Shown here: piece after piece, positions 60,825 through 64,000 of the stretch
Layout: every line of letters starts with the position of its first letter
Position numbering within the stretch: position 1 is the first letter of the stretch
Source of the DNA: an uncultured Actinomycetota bacterium
Lineage (GTDB): Bacteria > Actinomycetota > Actinomycetes > JAFAQI01
Length of the DNA stretch: 64,000 bases
Direction: 5' to 3'
Assembly (NCBI GenBank): GCA_963770565.1
Contig: CAVYQE010000011.1
Location: forward strand, 864,001-928,000
The notes under the pieces: model-generated
Told to the model about the DNA's origin: nothing
The model's database searches: none
Seen by the model: only the letters and a program-made list of their open reading frames with translations
Program-made: the position numbers and the translations under genes

Positions 60825-61571
60825 GTGTTGTACTGGTTCCTGAAGCACATCGCGCTCGGACCGATCCTCCGGACCATCTTCCGCCCCTGGGTCGAGGGGA
60901 TGGACAACATCCCGGAGCAGGGCGGTGCGATTCTTGCCAGCAACCACCTGTCGTTCTCGGACTCGATCTTCCTGCCGATGGAGATGCAGCGCCGGCTGAC
61001 TTTCCTGGCCAAGGGCGACTACTTCACCGGTCGAGGGATCAAGGGCCGGCTCACGGCCGCGTTCTTCAAGGGCATCAACCAGGTCCCGGTCGACCGGTCC
61101 GGCGGGCGGGCAAGCGAGGCGGCGCTCGAGGCCGGCGTCAAGATCCTCAAGCGCGGTGAGTTGCTCGGGATCTATCCGGAGGGCACCCGCTCGCCCGACG
61201 GCCGGCTCTACCGCGGCAAGACCGGCATTGCCCGGATGGCGTTGGAAGCGGGCGTGCCGGTGATCCCGGTGGCGATGATCAACACCTTCGAGATCCAGCC
61301 CCCCGGTCAGCTCATCCCGCGGGTCATGCGGGCCGGCATCCGGATCGGCAAGCCGCTCGACTTCTCCCGCTACGCCGGGATGGAGGGTGACCGCTTCGTC
61401 TTGCGGTCGATCACCGACGAGATCATGTACGAGCTGATGTTGCTGTCCGGGCAGGAGTACGTCGACCAGTACGCGACCAAGGCCAAGGAAGACATCGCCG
61501 ATGCGCGCGCGGCGGCCAGCGAGGCACTCGTCGCGGATGCGCCGTACGAAACCGAGCGCAAAGCCAGCTAA
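60825..61571 (+). CDS. plsC: 1-acyl-sn-glycerol-3-phosphate acyltransferase
   Basis: SNHLSFSD, YPEGTRS, LSGQEYVD. Confidence 0.92.
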   Translation: MLYWFLKHIALGPILRTIFRPWVEGMDNIPEQGGAILASNHLSFSDSIFLPMEMQRRLTFLAKGDYFTGRGIKGRLTAAFFKGINQVPVDRSGGRASEAALEAGVKILKRGELLGIYPEGTRSPDGRLYRGKTGIARMALEAGVPVIPVAMINTFEIQPPGQLIPRVMRAGIRIGKPLDFSRYAGMEGDRFVLRSITDEIMYELMLLSGQEYVDQYATKAKEDIADARAAASEALVADAPYETERKAS

Positions 61572-61577
61572 CCCCCT

Positions 61578-61664
61578 GCCAAGCAATGTCACATTGCCCC
61601 GCACTTCGTGGGGGCAATGTGACAGCACCCCCAGCTTCGGCGGGGCAATGTGACATTGCTTGGC
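61578..61664. repeat. Repeat family A, locus 3
   Basis: Cores at 61583, 61614 and 61645; arms GCCAAGCAATG/CATTGCTTGGC; lies between convergent plsC and glpK. Confidence 0.92.
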
Positions 61665-61676
61665 GCGCGCGCTGGG

Positions 61677-63134
61677 TTAGGCGCGGAGCTTGCGGAGCGC
61701 GGTGAGCCAGCGGTCGTAGTCGGCGTCGTTTCGTTGTCCCGGCTCGAATCGGCGGTCGAGCCGCCAGGTGTCACGCAGCTCGTCGGTCGATGACCAGGTA
61801 CCGACCGCGAGCCCGGCCAGGAATGCGGCGCCGAGCCCGGTGGTCTCGGCCACCTGCGGCCGCCGCACCGGCACCTGCAGCTGGGTCGCCTGCATTTGAC
61901 AGAGCAGGTTGTTAGCGGCCGCGCCACCGTCGACGGACAGCTCCGGTACTCCGATCCCGGCGTCACGCGTCATCACGTCGACCACGTCCCGCACCTCGAA
62001 CGCGATCGCTTCGAGCGTTGCTCGGACGACATGCGCGCGCGTGGTGCCGCGGGTGATCCCGATGATCATGCCGCGCGCGTCGGGATCCCAGTGCGGGGCG
62101 CCGAGCCCGGTGAGCGCGGGCACGAACACGACTCCGCCCGAGTCCTCGACCGACCCGGCAACCGCCTCGGACTCGCTCGCATTGCTGATGATCCCGAGCC
62201 CATCGCGAAGCCACTGAATCGCCGAGCCGGTGACGAACACCGCGCCCTCGAGGGCATAGACCAGGCCGTGGCCGATGTCCCAGGCCACCGTTGTCAGCAG
62301 GCCGGCGTCCGAGCGCACGGCGGTGCCGCCGGTGTTGACCAGGACGAACGAACCGGTGCCGTACGTGCACTTGCTATCGCCGTCGCCGAAACAGGCTTGG
62401 CCGAACAACGCCGCCTGCTGGTCGCCGGCCACGCCGGCGATCGGCAGGTCGAGACCGAGGAACGCGCCCGGGTCGGTCCGGCCGAAGTCGCCGCTCGATC
62501 GTCGTACCTCTGGCAGTGCGGCTCGCGGCACCGCCAGCAGGTCGCACAGCTCCTCGCTCCACTCACCGGCTCGGATGTCGAACAACAGCGTGCGGCTGGC
62601 GTTGCTGGGGTCGGTCGCGTGGACCGCCCCGCCGGTCAACCGGGCGACCAAGTAGGCGTCAACCGTGCCGACCGCGACCTGGCCGGAGGTGACGCCGGCC
62701 CAGCTTGTCGGGTCGTTCTCCGCCAGCCAGGTCAGCTTCGTGCCGGTGAAGTACGGGTCGAGCCGCAGGCCGGTCAGTTCGGCGACCCGCGGCTCGTGCC
62801 CGGCGTCGCGTAGCCGGCCACAGATCGCGGTCGTACGCCGGTCCTGCCACACGATCGCGCGGCGGGGGGCGGCGAGGGTCTGGCGGTCCCAGAGCACCGC
62901 GGTCTCGCGCTGGTTGGTGATGCCGACCGCTTCGGGTGCGGGGCCGGTGGCCAGCGCGCTGCGGCAGGCCGCGAGGGTGGCCTGCCAGATCTCCTCGGGT
63001 TCGTGCTCGACCAGGCCGGGCTGCGGGAAGTGCTGGGCGAACTCCTGGTAGCCGCGCGCGGCGACCTCGCCGGTCTCGGTGACGATCAGCGCGGTGACGC
63101 CGGTCGTGCCGGCGTCGATGGCCAGGATGCTCAC
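61677..63134 (-). CDS. glpK: Glycerol kinase
   Basis: AIDAGTT, GITNQRET, IVWQDRRT, GDQQAALFG, KCTYGTG, GLGAPHW. Confidence 0.95.
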   Translation of the reverse strand: MSILAIDAGTTGVTALIVTETGEVAARGYQEFAQHFPQPGLVEHEPEEIWQATLAACRSALATGPAPEAVGITNQRETAVLWDRQTLAAPRRAIVWQDRRTTAICGRLRDAGHEPRVAELTGLRLDPYFTGTKLTWLAENDPTSWAGVTSGQVAVGTVDAYLVARLTGGAVHATDPSNASRTLLFDIRAGEWSEELCDLLAVPRAALPEVRRSSGDFGRTDPGAFLGLDLPIAGVAGDQQAALFGQACFGDGDSKCTYGTGSFVLVNTGGTAVRSDAGLLTTVAWDIGHGLVYALEGAVFVTGSAIQWLRDGLGIISNASESEAVAGSVEDSGGVVFVPALTGLGAPHWDPDARGMIIGITRGTTRAHVVRATLEAIAFEVRDVVDVMTRDAGIGVPELSVDGGAAANNLLCQMQATQLQVPVRRPQVAETTGLGAAFLAGLAVGTWSSTDELRDTWRLDRRFEPGQRNDADYDRWLTALRKLRA

Positions 63135-63220
63135 TGGTGCACCCACAACGGGTGCACCAGTGCGGTGACGCCGACGTCATGGGGGCGAGCCACCTTCGCT
63201 TCGCTTCGGTACTCGCTCAT
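63131..63220 (-). repeat. MIRU-like mini-ORF cassette, copy 3 (29 aa, MSEYRSEAKVARPHDVGVTALVHPLWVHQ*)
   Basis: ATGA overlap with the DUF1028 stop and GTGA overlap with the glpK start; a perfect 13-bp stem covers the glpK GTG. Confidence 0.82.
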
Positions 63221-64000
63221 TGGCTTGCTGCGGCTGCCTTGTCCCGCAGCACCTGGAGCACGACCGGGTCGATCTTCGGCTCGGATACGAGGCGGTCCTC
63301 GAGGTTCTCGATGCCGGCCCAGTCCCACAGCGCGAGCCCGATCGATGCCACGTCGTCACCGGCCGGGGGATGGCCGAGCGTGGTCAGCAGCCCGCTCACC
63401 TCCCGGGCGATCTCGTCGGTGACCACGAGCAGGTCCTCGGTGTCGGCCTTGGAGAACAGCAGCTCGTGCAGGTCGAGCAGTCGATTCAGCTCCGGCACCG
63501 GCCGCTCCGCGTCGTCGACCCGCAGGTCGACGTGGATGTCCGAGGTCGCGCCGTACCCGCTGTCGGCCCGGGCGACCAGCAGGGCAGTGCTCTGCCGGCC
63601 GCGGCGGTCGCCGCCGGCGTCGTCACCGGCAGCCAGCGCGGCCATCAGCCGGCGGGCGAGCGGGGCGGCTGGATCGCTGGCCAGCCAGGCCTTCGCCATC
63701 TCGTCGACCACTTCGGGCCCGGTCAGGATGTTGCCCTGGATCGCGTAGCCGGCGCCGGTAACGCCACCGGCCCACGGGTGGCAGCCGTCGCCGGTGAACG
63801 TCGCGGCCCGGCCCTCGCCGTCGACGATGCCGGCCTGGCGCTGCTCGCGCAACTCGTCCGCGGCGGTGAGTGCGTCGAGGGTCTGCTGGGCGCTCAGGCC
63901 CTGCTCGAGGTGGGACAGGCCCTGCGGCCGGTAGGCGAGGTTGGCGAAGGACTGGGTGGCGATCGCGCCGACGCCCGCTCGGGCGGCCGGCACCGCCGAT
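63217..64000 (-). CDS. DUF1028-family (Ntn-hydrolase-like) protein, 5' end beyond the window
   Basis: GAIATQS, AIQGNIL, AGGDRRGRQS, DLRVDD, AGIENLE. Confidence 0.88.
   Translation of the reverse strand, partial: SAVPAARAGVGAIATQSFANLAYRPQGLSHLEQGLSAQQTLDALTAADELREQRQAGIVDGEGRAATFTGDGCHPWAGGVTGAGYAIQGNILTGPEVVDEMAKAWLASDPAAPLARRLMAALAAGDDAGGDRRGRQSTALLVARADSGYGATSDIHVDLRVDDAERPVPELNRLLDLHELLFSKADTEDLLVVTDEIAREVSGLLTTLGHPPAGDDVASIGLALWDWAGIENLEDRLVSEPKIDPVVLQVLRDKAAAASQ

Overview
High-GC actinobacterial chromosome segment made mostly of core genes. In order: an IS1634-family transposase; a nucleoside uptake and catabolism cluster (phosphomutase, punA, BMP-type ABC transporter, cdd, deoA, add, deoC, two ALDH-family genes); a pspA-pspAA-htpX-pspAB-dedA stress locus; a small accessory block with an ECF sigma factor; the erpA-adoK-ctaCDF / ctaE-qcrCAB-trpD respiratory region; a c-di-AMP riboswitch ahead of an NlpC/P60 hydrolase and a sepH-like gene; and the fadD-SRPBCC-ArsA-glkA-plsC-glpK region. 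The most unusual signals are intergenic. (1) Three related MIRU-like cassettes (15148-15236, 55198-55236, 63131-63220) encode MSE(Y)RSE..-type mini-ORFs that overlap the flanking stop/start codons; two of them end in a covarying 13-bp hairpin that buries the downstream start codon. (2) Two sequence-unrelated repeat families share the same 31-bp-period palindrome architecture, three loci each. (3) Two MITE-like inverted-repeat elements are present. ctaD and a DEDD/GIY-YIG nuclease gene carry single-base insertions that are most likely sequencing errors. All calls come from reading motifs by eye; no database searches were run.
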